A stretch of 64,000 nucleotides of DNA, from assembly GCA_040776945.1 (NCBI GenBank), contig JAXGZN010000001.1:704001-768000 (forward strand), in the 5' to 3' direction. The position numbers and the translations under genes were made by a program. The stretch is from Methanomassiliicoccaceae archaeon (GTDB taxonomy: Archaea; Thermoplasmatota; Thermoplasmata; Methanomassiliicoccales; Methanomassiliicoccaceae). How positions within the stretch are numbered: position 1 is the first letter of the stretch; the number at the start of each line of letters is the position of its first letter. The notes beneath the pieces are model-generated. The model searched no databases and had not been told where the DNA came from. It saw nothing but the letters and a program-made list of their open reading frames with translations. Shown in pieces: positions 50,357 through 59,693 of the stretch.

Positions 50357-50378
50357 GTTCCAATGGAAATGGAGGGGT
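50357..50378 (+). repeat. ORB element 3 (GTTCCAATGGAAATGGAGGGGT), inverted relative to ORB1 and ORB2
   Basis: 19 of 20 identity to the ORB1 core; intergenic, downstream of hflX. Confidence 0.8.
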
Positions 50379-50392
50379 CCCCCTCTTTCCCC

Positions 50393-50743
50393 TCATTTGA
50401 TCCCGAATTCCTTCTTCTTGGTCGCCAGGCGGTCCTCGTAGCTCACCGGCAATCTCCATGCCAGGTACTCCACGTCATCTAGCCGCTTGACAAAGAGGGC
50501 CTTGCTCTTCTCTTCCATGAGCTTGTTGAACTTACGCACGTTGAGACGATAGCTCACGAACCAGATAGCCCCCACCAAGAGCATGACGCCCCCGATCCCG
50601 GCTAGCCAAAATCCCCAGGCCCCGATCTCGAGGAAGTAGTTGCCCAGCAGATCGAGGGTCCCGACGATCAGCATGACCGCGCCCGCCGCGAGGATCGCCA
50701 ATGATAGGAGCGGCGCGTGCTGCACGGTATATGGCTTAGACAT
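50393..50743 (-). CDS. two-TM membrane protein (DUF3198-like)
   Basis: Two TM helices, then SKALFVKRLDDVEYLAWRLP. Confidence 0.75.
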   Translation of the reverse strand: MSKPYTVQHAPLLSLAILAAGAVMLIVGTLDLLGNYFLEIGAWGFWLAGIGGVMLLVGAIWFVSYRLNVRKFNKLMEEKSKALFVKRLDDVEYLAWRLPVSYEDRLATKKKEFGIK

Positions 50744-50834
50744 GCAGGCCGAATCTGCGACGGCCTATTCAAGACTATCCTCTAAATATGGATGCAGTGA
50801 AAACCTATTACTCGCTGGAACGCCAAGGCGGGAC

Positions 50835-51179
50835 GTGACGCTCCAAACCCCAAGGCCGCTCACCCTTCTCCTTCTGGCCGCCGTGTCCGTCTTCGCCCTC
50901 GCCGCCCTCTCCGGTCTCGGACCGCAGGAGGCGGCCGGCCTCGGGCAACTGGAAGGCGAAGCGACCGTGGCGGTCGTGGTCACCGGATGCCGTAACTGCA
51001 CCGGCGGATACCTTCTGGAGATCGCGGACGGCGAGGGAGGGGAGGCCACCGCCTTCTGTTCCTCTGGACTGCTGCCCGTACCGCCGGCCGTCGGGGCCGC
51101 GGCGACGCTGACCGTGCGCCCATCCGCCGAAGATCCCCACTTCCTTTTCGTGAGCGCGATATCGTTCGCAGCACCGTAA
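50835..51179 (+). CDS. hypothetical exported protein with an OB-fold-like domain
   Basis: N-terminal hydrophobic segment and YLLEIADGEG strand pattern; start uncertain. Confidence 0.5.
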   Translation: MTLQTPRPLTLLLLAAVSVFALAALSGLGPQEAAGLGQLEGEATVAVVVTGCRNCTGGYLLEIADGEGGEATAFCSSGLLPVPPAVGAAATLTVRPSAEDPHFLFVSAISFAAP

Positions 51180-51218
51180 AGGATTGATACCCCTCCGCCC
51201 TTTGGGCCTCCGGGGCCC

Positions 51219-52523
51219 ATGTTCATCGCCGCCGACGACACCGATTCGTCCACCTGGATGTGCACCACCTTTCTGGCCACAGAACTGGTGAGGGCGACCG
51301 CGGAATGGGACCTCATCGGCCTGCCTCGGCTGGTCCGCCTGAACCCGGCGGTCCCGTGGAAGACCAGGGGGAACGGCGCGATATGCATCCGGGTCGGCCG
51401 GGGGGCCGGAGAGCCGCGCCTGTGCGGCCGCCTGGACGGTCGGGACCTGGTATGCTACGCCCGCTCGGCAGGGGAGCCGGACGCGGACGAGGTGATGGCA
51501 AGATGCTGGCCGGTGGTGGAGCGATGGTCCCAGACGGACTCTTCGGACCCTGGACTGGCGGTCGGCCGCAATGCTCCGGCCCCCGATCTGTACTACCGTG
51601 CGGTCCGCGAGATCATAGATCAGGAGGAAGCGGTCCGCGAGCTCCTGAAGGTCGAGGCCAGGACCTTCGAGATGAACTCCGGGCGCGGCCTGATCGGCGC
51701 CGCGGCGGCGGCCGCCTGGAGGCCGCAGGACCGCACCTATGAGGTTCTCGCGTACCGGGAGCGGGAGCGGTGGGGCCTTCCCCGGCTGGTGTCAGAGGAT
51801 GACGTCGCGCTCCTGGACGACCGCTTCCCATCGACATTCAACAACTACGATCGGTCGGCCGGTCGGCCAGTAATAGTACCGCACACCAACTGTCCGGTGC
51901 TCTTCGGCGTCCGTGGGGACTCCCCACTTGAGGTCATGGACGCCGCCCGGTCCATCTCCTCGGAGCCAGTGGAGCGGTGGATGCTGTTCATAACCAACCA
52001 AGGGACGGACGATCACATAGTCACTTCTTGGAAGGCGCTCGTGCCGAGTTCCTCGTACCTGGTGGAAGGGGAGGTGGTGTCCATGCCCAGGACAATCCCC
52101 GGCGGGCATGTGATATTCTCGCTGGGCACTGCCGTGGGGGACCTAGACTGCGCTGCCTACGAGCCGTCCAAGGGCTTCCGGGACGTGGTCCGCATGCTGC
52201 GCCCAGGGGACCGCATCCAGGCAATGGGCGAGCTTCGTGACCGGCCGAGGACGATGAACATCGAGAAGCTCAACGTCCTGTCGCTCGCCCGTGTCGAGGT
52301 CAGGTCGAGCCCCCGGTGTCCGTCCTGCGGTCGGAGGACCGGGTCGGCCGGCCGGGGCCAAGGTTACCGATGCCGCAAGTGCGGGACCAAGGGCCTTCCG
52401 GCAGAGGCGGTGAGCGAGCTCCGGGGCATCGCTCCAGGATGGTACGAGCCCCCGGTGAGCGCCCGCCGCCACCTGTCAAAGCCGCTGAAGCGCATGGGCC
52501 AGATTTCGACCATCGCCGTATAG
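51219..52523 (+). CDS. tiaS: tRNA(Ile2) 2-agmatinylcytidine synthetase
   Basis: DDTDS..MCTT, RLNPAVPWKTRGNGA, TNQGTDDH, AYEPS, zinc ribbon, RRHLSKP. Confidence 0.95.
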   Translation: MFIAADDTDSSTWMCTTFLATELVRATAEWDLIGLPRLVRLNPAVPWKTRGNGAICIRVGRGAGEPRLCGRLDGRDLVCYARSAGEPDADEVMARCWPVVERWSQTDSSDPGLAVGRNAPAPDLYYRAVREIIDQEEAVRELLKVEARTFEMNSGRGLIGAAAAAAWRPQDRTYEVLAYRERERWGLPRLVSEDDVALLDDRFPSTFNNYDRSAGRPVIVPHTNCPVLFGVRGDSPLEVMDAARSISSEPVERWMLFITNQGTDDHIVTSWKALVPSSSYLVEGEVVSMPRTIPGGHVIFSLGTAVGDLDCAAYEPSKGFRDVVRMLRPGDRIQAMGELRDRPRTMNIEKLNVLSLARVEVRSSPRCPSCGRRTGSAGRGQGYRCRKCGTKGLPAEAVSELRGIAPGWYEPPVSARRHLSKPLKRMGQISTIAV

Positions 52524-52568
52524 AGCGACCGGCGGTTTTTTTATACACCAATCCCCTGGTCGGCTTGG

Positions 52569-53792
52569 ATGGGAGAGAGCTCCCGGAACATCGGACAAAG
52601 GAGCGTGGTCAATCTGAAGGAAGCGGTCATCATCAGCGCCGCCCGCACCGCGGTCGGCAAGTTCGGAGGCACATTGAAGAACTACCCGGCGCCCCAGATG
52701 GGCGCGGTAACCATCGCTGAGGCGATCGAGAGGGCCACCCTTGAGCCCAAGGACATGCAGGAATGCATCATGGGCATAGTGCTCTCCGCCGGGGTAGGGC
52801 AGAACCCCGCCCGGCAGGCCGCGCTTAGGGCCGGACTGCCAGTGGAGATCGGGTCCATGAACATCAACAAGGTCTGCGGCTCAGGCCTGAAGGCGGTGAT
52901 GCTGGCGGCCTCGTCGGTGCGGGCCGGGGAGAACGATGTGGTGGTGGCCGGAGGCATGGAGAACATGAGCGCCGCGCCATACCTCCTTATGGAAGGCCGC
53001 TTCGGATACCGTCTCGGGGACAACAAGGTCATCGACCACCTGGTGCGCGATGGGCTGTGGGACGCTACCACCGACCAGCATATGGGCAACACCGCGGAGA
53101 TCGTCGCGGAGCGGCACAGCGTCACGAGGCAGGAGGCCGACGAGCTGTCCTACCAGAGCCATGTGAAGGCAGCCGCCGCCCAGAAGGAAGGCCGCTTCGA
53201 CCGCGAGATCGTGCCCGTCAAGATGAAGGCGAAGAAGGAGGAGATAGAGTTTCGGGCCGACGAGGGCATCCGCCCGGACATCTCCATGGACGCGCTCTCC
53301 AAACTGAGGCCGGCGTTCAAGGAAGGCGGCATGGTCACTGCCGGCAACGCCTCCCAGATCAGCGATGGCGCGGCCGCCCTGGTGGTGGCCTCGAGGGAAT
53401 ATGCCGAGGAGCGCGGCATCAGGCCCCTGGCGACCATAGTGGACTACTGCACCGGAGGGACGAGGCCAGAGTGGATAATGGAGGCACCGATCTCCGCCAC
53501 CCGGACGCTTCTGGAGAGGAACGGCCTGACCATCGGGGACATAGACCTCTTCGAGCACAATGAGGCCTTCGCCTCGGCCTCGGTGGCGGTGAAGCGCGCC
53601 CTGAACGTCCCGGACCCCAAGTTCAATGTGAACGGCGGCGCCATCGCTCTGGGCCATCCCATAGGGGCCAGCGGCGCCAGGGTGCTCACCACGCTCCTGT
53701 ACGCGCTTCAGGACCGCGGCGCGCGAACCGGCCTGTGCACCCTCTGCCTGGGCGGGGGGAACGCCGTGACCATGCTCGTCCGGCGGGAATGA
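52569..53792 (+). CDS. acetyl-CoA C-acetyltransferase (thiolase)
   Basis: NKVCGSG, NEAF, GHPIGASG and CLGGG catalytic motifs; the start could be slightly downstream. Confidence 0.93.
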   Translation: MGESSRNIGQRSVVNLKEAVIISAARTAVGKFGGTLKNYPAPQMGAVTIAEAIERATLEPKDMQECIMGIVLSAGVGQNPARQAALRAGLPVEIGSMNINKVCGSGLKAVMLAASSVRAGENDVVVAGGMENMSAAPYLLMEGRFGYRLGDNKVIDHLVRDGLWDATTDQHMGNTAEIVAERHSVTRQEADELSYQSHVKAAAAQKEGRFDREIVPVKMKAKKEEIEFRADEGIRPDISMDALSKLRPAFKEGGMVTAGNASQISDGAAALVVASREYAEERGIRPLATIVDYCTGGTRPEWIMEAPISATRTLLERNGLTIGDIDLFEHNEAFASASVAVKRALNVPDPKFNVNGGAIALGHPIGASGARVLTTLLYALQDRGARTGLCTLCLGGGNAVTMLVRRE

Positions 53793-53881
53793 GCCCTCCG
53801 CCCCCGCCGCGCCCCCTCGCCGCCTGGCGATAGGCTTTAGATGATATCGTCCATTTCCATCCCGGTGAGAACCTGCCTGCG

Positions 53882-55138
53882 ATGGACGAGCTTCTGAGTA
53901 CGGTGGACGGATACCGGGACGAGATGATCAAGCAGATGACCGCTATGCTCAGGATCCCGGCCATGGGCCCGGAGAACGGAGGCCAGGGAGAGGTCGAGCG
54001 GTCCCTCTTCGTCCAGGACCTGCTGCGCCGCATCGGGTTCCAAGAGGTGGAGGTGCACAACGCTCCAGACCCCCGGGTCGCCCCGGGGATAAGGCCGAGC
54101 ATCATAGCCAGGCGCAGGGGCAGGAGCGACCGCACCGTGTGGATCGTGTCCCACATGGACACCGTGTCCCCGGGCGATGAAAAGGCCTGGAGCTATCCGC
54201 CCTTCGACGGAACGGTGGTGGACGGAAAGCTGTATGGCCGAGGATCGGAGGACAACGGGCAGGCCGTGATCTCGTCGCTGTTCGCCGCGCGGGCGCTCCT
54301 CGATACCAAGCTCGAGCCGGAGCTGACCCTCGGGCTCGCGGTGGTAGCCGACGAGGAGGCCGGCTCCGACTTTGGCATCAAGTACCTCATCCGACAAGGG
54401 CTGTTCGGGAAGGATGACCTGTTCTATGTGCCGGATGCTGGCGAATCGGACGGCTCGGTCATCGAGGTGGCGGAGAAATCGATCATCTGGCTGAAGATCA
54501 CGGTGAAGGGGAAGCAGGTGCACGCCTCCACGCCGAAGAAAGGCCTCAACGCCCTGCGGGTGGGTTCGGAGATGCTGCTGTTCCTCGCGGACCAGCTGGC
54601 CGGCCATTTCCCAGGGGAGGACAAGCTGTTCTATCCCTCAACCTCCACCTTCGAGCCCACCAAGCGGCTGGCCAACGTGGAGAACATCAACACCGTGCCG
54701 GGCGAGGACGTCACCTTCTTCGACATCCGCCTGCTGCCGCGCTACGATCCGCAGGAGTGCATCAGGGCCGCCAAGGAGATCGGCAAGGTGTTCGAGAAGC
54801 GTTCGGGCGCGAGCATCGAGGTCGAGGCCATACGGGTCGATCCTGCCGGGAAGGCCTCGCAGACCGACGGGGAGGGCGCCAAGGCCCTGGTCAAGGCGGT
54901 GCGCCATGTCCTCGGGGTGCAGCCCCGGATGATGGGGATCGGGGGACAGACATGCGCGAACTGGTTCCGCCAGGAAGGCCTGGACTCCTATGTGTGGGAG
55001 ACCGTGGACGAGATGGCGCATCAGGTCGATGAGTATGCCCGCATAGACAATCTGGTCAACGACGCCAAGGTGTTCTCGGTCCTGCTGGCCCACCTTTGCT
55101 ACCCAGGAGCGTTCAAGGAGACCCAACCCGACTACTGA
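53882..55138 (+). CDS. M20-family metallo-hydrolase (DapE/ArgE-like)
   Basis: SHMDTV, GRGSEDNG, DEE, HASTP, AHQVDE. Confidence 0.9.
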   Translation: MDELLSTVDGYRDEMIKQMTAMLRIPAMGPENGGQGEVERSLFVQDLLRRIGFQEVEVHNAPDPRVAPGIRPSIIARRRGRSDRTVWIVSHMDTVSPGDEKAWSYPPFDGTVVDGKLYGRGSEDNGQAVISSLFAARALLDTKLEPELTLGLAVVADEEAGSDFGIKYLIRQGLFGKDDLFYVPDAGESDGSVIEVAEKSIIWLKITVKGKQVHASTPKKGLNALRVGSEMLLFLADQLAGHFPGEDKLFYPSTSTFEPTKRLANVENINTVPGEDVTFFDIRLLPRYDPQECIRAAKEIGKVFEKRSGASIEVEAIRVDPAGKASQTDGEGAKALVKAVRHVLGVQPRMMGIGGQTCANWFRQEGLDSYVWETVDEMAHQVDEYARIDNLVNDAKVFSVLLAHLCYPGAFKETQPDY

Positions 55139-55214
55139 TGCATTGCGGGATGACCGGGGCCTCCGGTCAAACCTTCTTATGGTCCTCGGGGATACCTTAA
55201 CGGGTGTTTCAAGA

Positions 55215-56297
55215 ATGATCAACAATACCAAGAGATCGGTCCTGGACGACAGAGTGGAACATATCGACCTTGAGGAGGTCATAACGGTCAGGGACCTCGT
55301 CAATGCCTACAAGGACAGCTCTATACAGAGCCGCGCGCTCGCCAGCTGCGCGCAGGTCTATGAGAGCGCGCTGCAGGACCCGCAAAGGCCGTTCATCTTC
55401 CTGGGAATATCCGGCCCGCTCATCGCCGCCGGGCTCCGCAAGGTCCTCGCCGACATGGTCCGCTTCGGCCTGGTCGACGCGATCGTGTCAACCGGCGCCA
55501 TAATGTACCAGGACTACCTCAACGCCGGGGGCCACTGGCACTACAAGTGCTCGCCCAACATCGACGACCTCATGCTGAAGGAGCTGGCGATAGACCGCAT
55601 CTACGATACCCTGGTGGATGAGGACGCCTTCTACGAAAAGGACGCCGAGATAGGCGATATCGCTGAAACGCTGGAGCCTCGGGGATACTCCAGCCGTGAG
55701 TTCATGGAGGTGTTGGGCGACAGCGTTGCCGATGAGGGCTCGATCCTATACAATGCCCGAAAGTACGGCGTGCCCATCTTCGTTCCGGCCATGAACGACT
55801 CTTCCATCGGCATCGGGCTCACAGGGTTCTATCATAAGATGCTCTCCGAAGGGAGAAGCTATGGCGAGTTCATGCACATCGACTCCATCCGAGACAATCA
55901 CGAGCTGACCCAGCTGAAGATCGCGACCGAGCGCACCGCCGCCGTCTACATCGGCGGAGGCGTGCCCAAGAACTTCATCCAGCAGATGGAGGGGACCGCT
56001 GACACCATGGGCCACCCGAAGGGCGGGCATTCCTATGCCGTTCAGATCACCACCGACTCCCCACAGTGGGGCGGCTTGTCAGGATGCACCTTCGAGGAGG
56101 CACAGTCTTGGGGAAAGATCAATCCCGACGCCAAGACCGCGGTAGCCTACATCGAGGCGTCCATCGGGCTGAGCCTGATGATATCATACGTGCTGCAGAA
56201 CGGAAGCTGGGAGGGCAGGAGCAGGCTGCGGCCCTCATGGGACAACGGTCAGCTGGTTTCGCTTAGCCCGGAGCCGATCGGTCCTATCGAAGGATGA
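55215..56297 (+). CDS. deoxyhypusine synthase family protein
   Basis: VSTGA, DRIYD, DSSIG, GGGVPKNF, GGLSG and EAQSWGK (catalytic Lys); start uncertain. Confidence 0.88.
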   Translation: MINNTKRSVLDDRVEHIDLEEVITVRDLVNAYKDSSIQSRALASCAQVYESALQDPQRPFIFLGISGPLIAAGLRKVLADMVRFGLVDAIVSTGAIMYQDYLNAGGHWHYKCSPNIDDLMLKELAIDRIYDTLVDEDAFYEKDAEIGDIAETLEPRGYSSREFMEVLGDSVADEGSILYNARKYGVPIFVPAMNDSSIGIGLTGFYHKMLSEGRSYGEFMHIDSIRDNHELTQLKIATERTAAVYIGGGVPKNFIQQMEGTADTMGHPKGGHSYAVQITTDSPQWGGLSGCTFEEAQSWGKINPDAKTAVAYIEASIGLSLMISYVLQNGSWEGRSRLRPSWDNGQLVSLSPEPIGPIEG

Positions 56298-56307
56298 TGG
56301 CGGCCAC

Positions 56308-57267
56308 CTAGTCCGAGAACAGCCGATCCAGCATCCACTGGCTGTCGAACTTGATGATGTCCTCGTACTGCTGCCCGGTGGACAGGAAGGCGATGGGTCT
56401 CCCGATGGCATTGGCGATGGAGAGAGCCGCGCCGCCCTTGGCATCGGTATCGATCTTGGTCAGGATGACGGCGTCGATCCCCACCGCCTTGTTGAAGGCG
56501 ACGGCCTGCTCGATGGCATCGTTCCCGGCAAGGGAATCACCGACGAAGACGATCAGGTGAGGGCTCACCACCCGCTTGATCTTCTTCATCTCGTCCATCA
56601 GGTTGGTGTTGGTCTGCATCCGCCCAGCGGTGTCCACGAGCACGACGTCCCGGCGCTTGGCCTTGGCATGGTCCACCGCGTCATAGGCCACCGCTGCCGG
56701 GTCCCCGCCCGACTGATGCTTCACGATCTTGGTGCCCAGCCGGTCGGCGTGCACGTTCAGCTGTTCGATGGCCCCTGCGCGGAAGGTATCGGACGCGGAG
56801 AGAACGGTGGTCAGCCCCATCTTCTGCAGCCGATTGGATATCTTGGCGATGGCGGTCGTCTTGCCGGTGCCGTTGATGCCCACGAACATGATGACCACCG
56901 GCTTTTGGTGCTCCCTGACGAAGGCGTCGAAATCGAACTCGCTCTTCTTGAGCACCTTCTCTATGGCGCTCTTCAGGGCCGCCTCGACCACCTTGTCCAG
57001 GGTGAACTTGCGGTCCACACGCTTGCCGACGAGCCCTTCCCTGACGCCGCTCTTGATCTCCTCGATCACAGGTAGGGCGACGTCCGATTCCAAAAGCCCG
57101 AGCTCCAGTTCCCAGAGCAGCTCGTCGACCTCCCTCTCGTCGATCTTGCGGCCGCTGTCCCCTACCGCGGCCGCCGCCGCGGCGACCTCCTCCTGCTTAG
57201 TGGGCGGCGGTGCCTCGGTCGCCTTTCCCCGCAGCGCGGAGAGCTTCTTCTTAAGCGACTCGAACAA
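56308..57267 (-). CDS. ftsY: SRP receptor FtsY
   Basis: GINGTGKTT, DTFRAGA, DTAGR, TKIDTDAKGG. Confidence 0.96.
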   Translation of the reverse strand: MFESLKKKLSALRGKATEAPPPTKQEEVAAAAAAVGDSGRKIDEREVDELLWELELGLLESDVALPVIEEIKSGVREGLVGKRVDRKFTLDKVVEAALKSAIEKVLKKSEFDFDAFVREHQKPVVIMFVGINGTGKTTAIAKISNRLQKMGLTTVLSASDTFRAGAIEQLNVHADRLGTKIVKHQSGGDPAAVAYDAVDHAKAKRRDVVLVDTAGRMQTNTNLMDEMKKIKRVVSPHLIVFVGDSLAGNDAIEQAVAFNKAVGIDAVILTKIDTDAKGGAALSIANAIGRPIAFLSTGQQYEDIIKFDSQWMLDRLFSD

Positions 57268-57280
57268 CCGCTCACCTCTC

Positions 57281-57703
57281 TCATTGCCCGCGCTGCAGTG
57301 CCTGGAGCTCCATGTCCACGGCCTGGGACAGCGCGGCGGCCTGCTCCTCGATGGCCATGCGGCGCTCCGTCAGCTTCTTCATGGAGTCCATGAGCTCAGC
57401 GGCCCGGTCGTCCATGGTCTTGATGGCATCGTCGATGGGCTTCTCCACGGACACTCCGGTCCCGATGCCCACGATCGCCTTGGTCTCACCAGCGACCTTG
57501 GCGAAGACGAACGAACTGCCCCCGATGGGCACCAGCAGCTCATCCCCTTCCTTGGCCTTCTGGTATTGGACGAGCGTCTCCCTGGCCCTTCCCAGCTCCT
57601 CCAGGGACATCTGGACCAGCTGCTGGTTCTGGGCGATGCTCTCGAGCTGGGCGCGGAAGACCTCCAGAGTGGACATCGCCTGGCGCAGCTCCGCCTCGTT
57701 CAT
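57281..57703 (-). CDS. pfdA: prefoldin subunit alpha
   Basis: Coiled coils flanking LVPIGG...IVGIGTGVSVEK; usual rpl20e-pfdA-ftsY order. Confidence 0.92.
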   Translation of the reverse strand: MNEAELRQAMSTLEVFRAQLESIAQNQQLVQMSLEELGRARETLVQYQKAKEGDELLVPIGGSSFVFAKVAGETKAIVGIGTGVSVEKPIDDAIKTMDDRAAELMDSMKKLTERRMAIEEQAAALSQAVDMELQALQRGQ

Positions 57704-57933
57704 TGATGCCCCTCGGCGAGGTACTTCACCGCATGGTTGGTGATCTCGTCGCCCGTGATGCTCTTGATCTCAGAGATCCTGATCTGGGGGCGCTTGAGCT
57801 TGTGGCGGCTGCCCAAGTTGGAATAGATCTGCTCGGTGACGCCGGCCTCGTTCTCAGCTGCGACCTCGATGCTGAACTTTTGCCAGCTGAACTTGCCGGT
57901 CTTGAACTCACCTATGGCGCGATAGGCCTTCAT
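57700..57933 (-). CDS. rpl20e: 50S ribosomal protein L18Ae/LX (eL20)
   Basis: YSNLGSRHKLKRPQIRI motif. Confidence 0.92.
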   Translation of the reverse strand: MKAYRAIGEFKTGKFSWQKFSIEVAAENEAGVTEQIYSNLGSRHKLKRPQIRISEIKSITGDEITNHAVKYLAEGHQ

Positions 57934-58002
57934 ATAAATCCTCCCCCCTCGGAAGGGAATCCCCACAATAAACCTTTTGGTATCGGAGAATGTAGCGGTC
58001 TC

Positions 58003-58824
58003 ATGACCGGTCGCCTGACCATCTACCGTCCAGGGAAGCACTTTCCGGCCATCTCGGTGACCGGGGAGCGATGCGAGCTTCGGTGCGAGCATTGCCGGGG
58101 GCGCTATCTCAAGGGCATGAGGGGAGTGGGCTCGGGGGAGGAACTGCTGTCGGTCGCGTCCGGGCTCGAGGCCTCCGGAGGCACCGGGCTACTGCTCAGC
58201 GGGGGCTGCGACGCCCAGGGCCGCGTGCCCATCGGGCCGTTCCTGGGGGCGGTGGGGCAGATCAAGAGCTCGACGAGATTGGCGGTCAACCTGCACCCCG
58301 GGCTGGTGGACGAGGCGTCTGCTCCGGCGATCCTCGCATCGGGCGCTGACGTCCTCTCCGTGGACGTCCTCCAGGACGGTCCCGCCATCATCGAGAGGCT
58401 GCATCTCAACGCAGCGCCGGAAGCTTACCGCCGGACGCTGGAGCTGCTATCGCCGGGCACCCTCGCTCCCCACATATGCGTCGGACTTCAGTCGGAGAGG
58501 GGAGAGAGGGACACCGTGGACATGCTCTCTTCCTTCCGCATCCAGGCGCTGGTCGTGCTTGGCCTGATGGCCCCGCCCGGCTCAGGCGTCCGGCCGGTGG
58601 ACGCGGACCGTCTGGTGAGCTTCATCCGCTCCGCTGTGCGGAGGCTTGACGCGCCGGTGCTGCTCGGCTGCATGCGGCCCCGCGGCCGCGCGCGAGCGGA
58701 GATCGAGGCCATAGAGGCGGGGTGCGCGGGGATCGTGAACCCGGCGCCGGCAACGGTGGGATGGGCGCGCTCATCGGGGTTGGAGATCATGGAGCGGCGG
58801 ACCTGCTGCGCCCTTCACCGGTAG
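58003..58824 (+). CDS. radical SAM protein, LipS1-like
   Basis: FPAISVTG-CELRCEHC, LLSGG, GCMRP and C-terminal TCC. Confidence 0.8.
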   Translation: MTGRLTIYRPGKHFPAISVTGERCELRCEHCRGRYLKGMRGVGSGEELLSVASGLEASGGTGLLLSGGCDAQGRVPIGPFLGAVGQIKSSTRLAVNLHPGLVDEASAPAILASGADVLSVDVLQDGPAIIERLHLNAAPEAYRRTLELLSPGTLAPHICVGLQSERGERDTVDMLSSFRIQALVVLGLMAPPGSGVRPVDADRLVSFIRSAVRRLDAPVLLGCMRPRGRARAEIEAIEAGCAGIVNPAPATVGWARSSGLEIMERRTCCALHR

Positions 58825-59621
58825 ACCGCGCCCTTGGTGTACTTGCTCCTTATCTTCGAGGCCAGCAATATCCACGCGGTGTAGAAACCGATGAACAGCG
58901 TCCCGAACATGGAGATGAAGGCCACGAAGGTGGGGGAAAGCGTCCGGTGCGCGGTATAGGACACCTCGACCGGAGATTCGCTGTTCACAACTATGTAATA
59001 CTCGCCGAACGGGGTGTGGGGGAACGCAAGGTCCAGGCCGGCGGATACATCGTTGGCCGTGAGAACGGAGTGCTGCCTCAGGTCGTTGACGTTTCCTGCG
59101 TACAGCTGATAGTTGACCTTGGAGACGATGATGACCTCTGCCGGAAGGCCGCTCTCCACCCTTAAGCGCTCCACCGTGGTCAGGCCCAGCGCGTCGCGGT
59201 TGCGGAACACCGCGGTGGTGGAGGTCTCCCCCGACTCGCTGGTGGCGTTGGCTATGGCATCGGCCACGAACGGTGTGAGCACCAGGAACACCGCCACCGC
59301 AGCGACGGCGATGACGATCATGCTGCGGCGAATGGACCGCTTCAGCATGTAGGACCTGGCGCTGAAGCTCTTGGTGTACCATTGCTCCAGGTAGGTGAAG
59401 AAGAAACCCTCCACCCCCACGACAAGGGCCATAAGGATGACGAAGTACAGCACAGCGCCGACGTTGAAGTAGAACGGCTTCAGCTGGACCTCGCCCCCCA
59501 TGGAGACGAGCACTATCACTGAGAAGAGGACTATGACGACTTGGACGATCATGAGGTTCCTCTTGGTATTGCGCACATGGGCTAGCCTCACACCGCCTTC
59601 CAACGCATTGCCCAGATCCAT
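58815..59621 (-). CDS. hypothetical membrane protein
   Basis: 268 aa with four TM segments and a soluble beta domain. Confidence 0.75.
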   Translation of the reverse strand: MDLGNALEGGVRLAHVRNTKRNLMIVQVVIVLFSVIVLVSMGGEVQLKPFYFNVGAVLYFVILMALVVGVEGFFFTYLEQWYTKSFSARSYMLKRSIRRSMIVIAVAAVAVFLVLTPFVADAIANATSESGETSTTAVFRNRDALGLTTVERLRVESGLPAEVIIVSKVNYQLYAGNVNDLRQHSVLTANDVSAGLDLAFPHTPFGEYYIVVNSESPVEVSYTAHRTLSPTFVAFISMFGTLFIGFYTAWILLASKIRSKYTKGAVYR

Positions 59622-59693
59622 AGGAACCCGGTTGAAATTTTTCTTTGTAGATAAATATCTTTGCTCCTGGACGGCGCACCTGGATATCCACGC

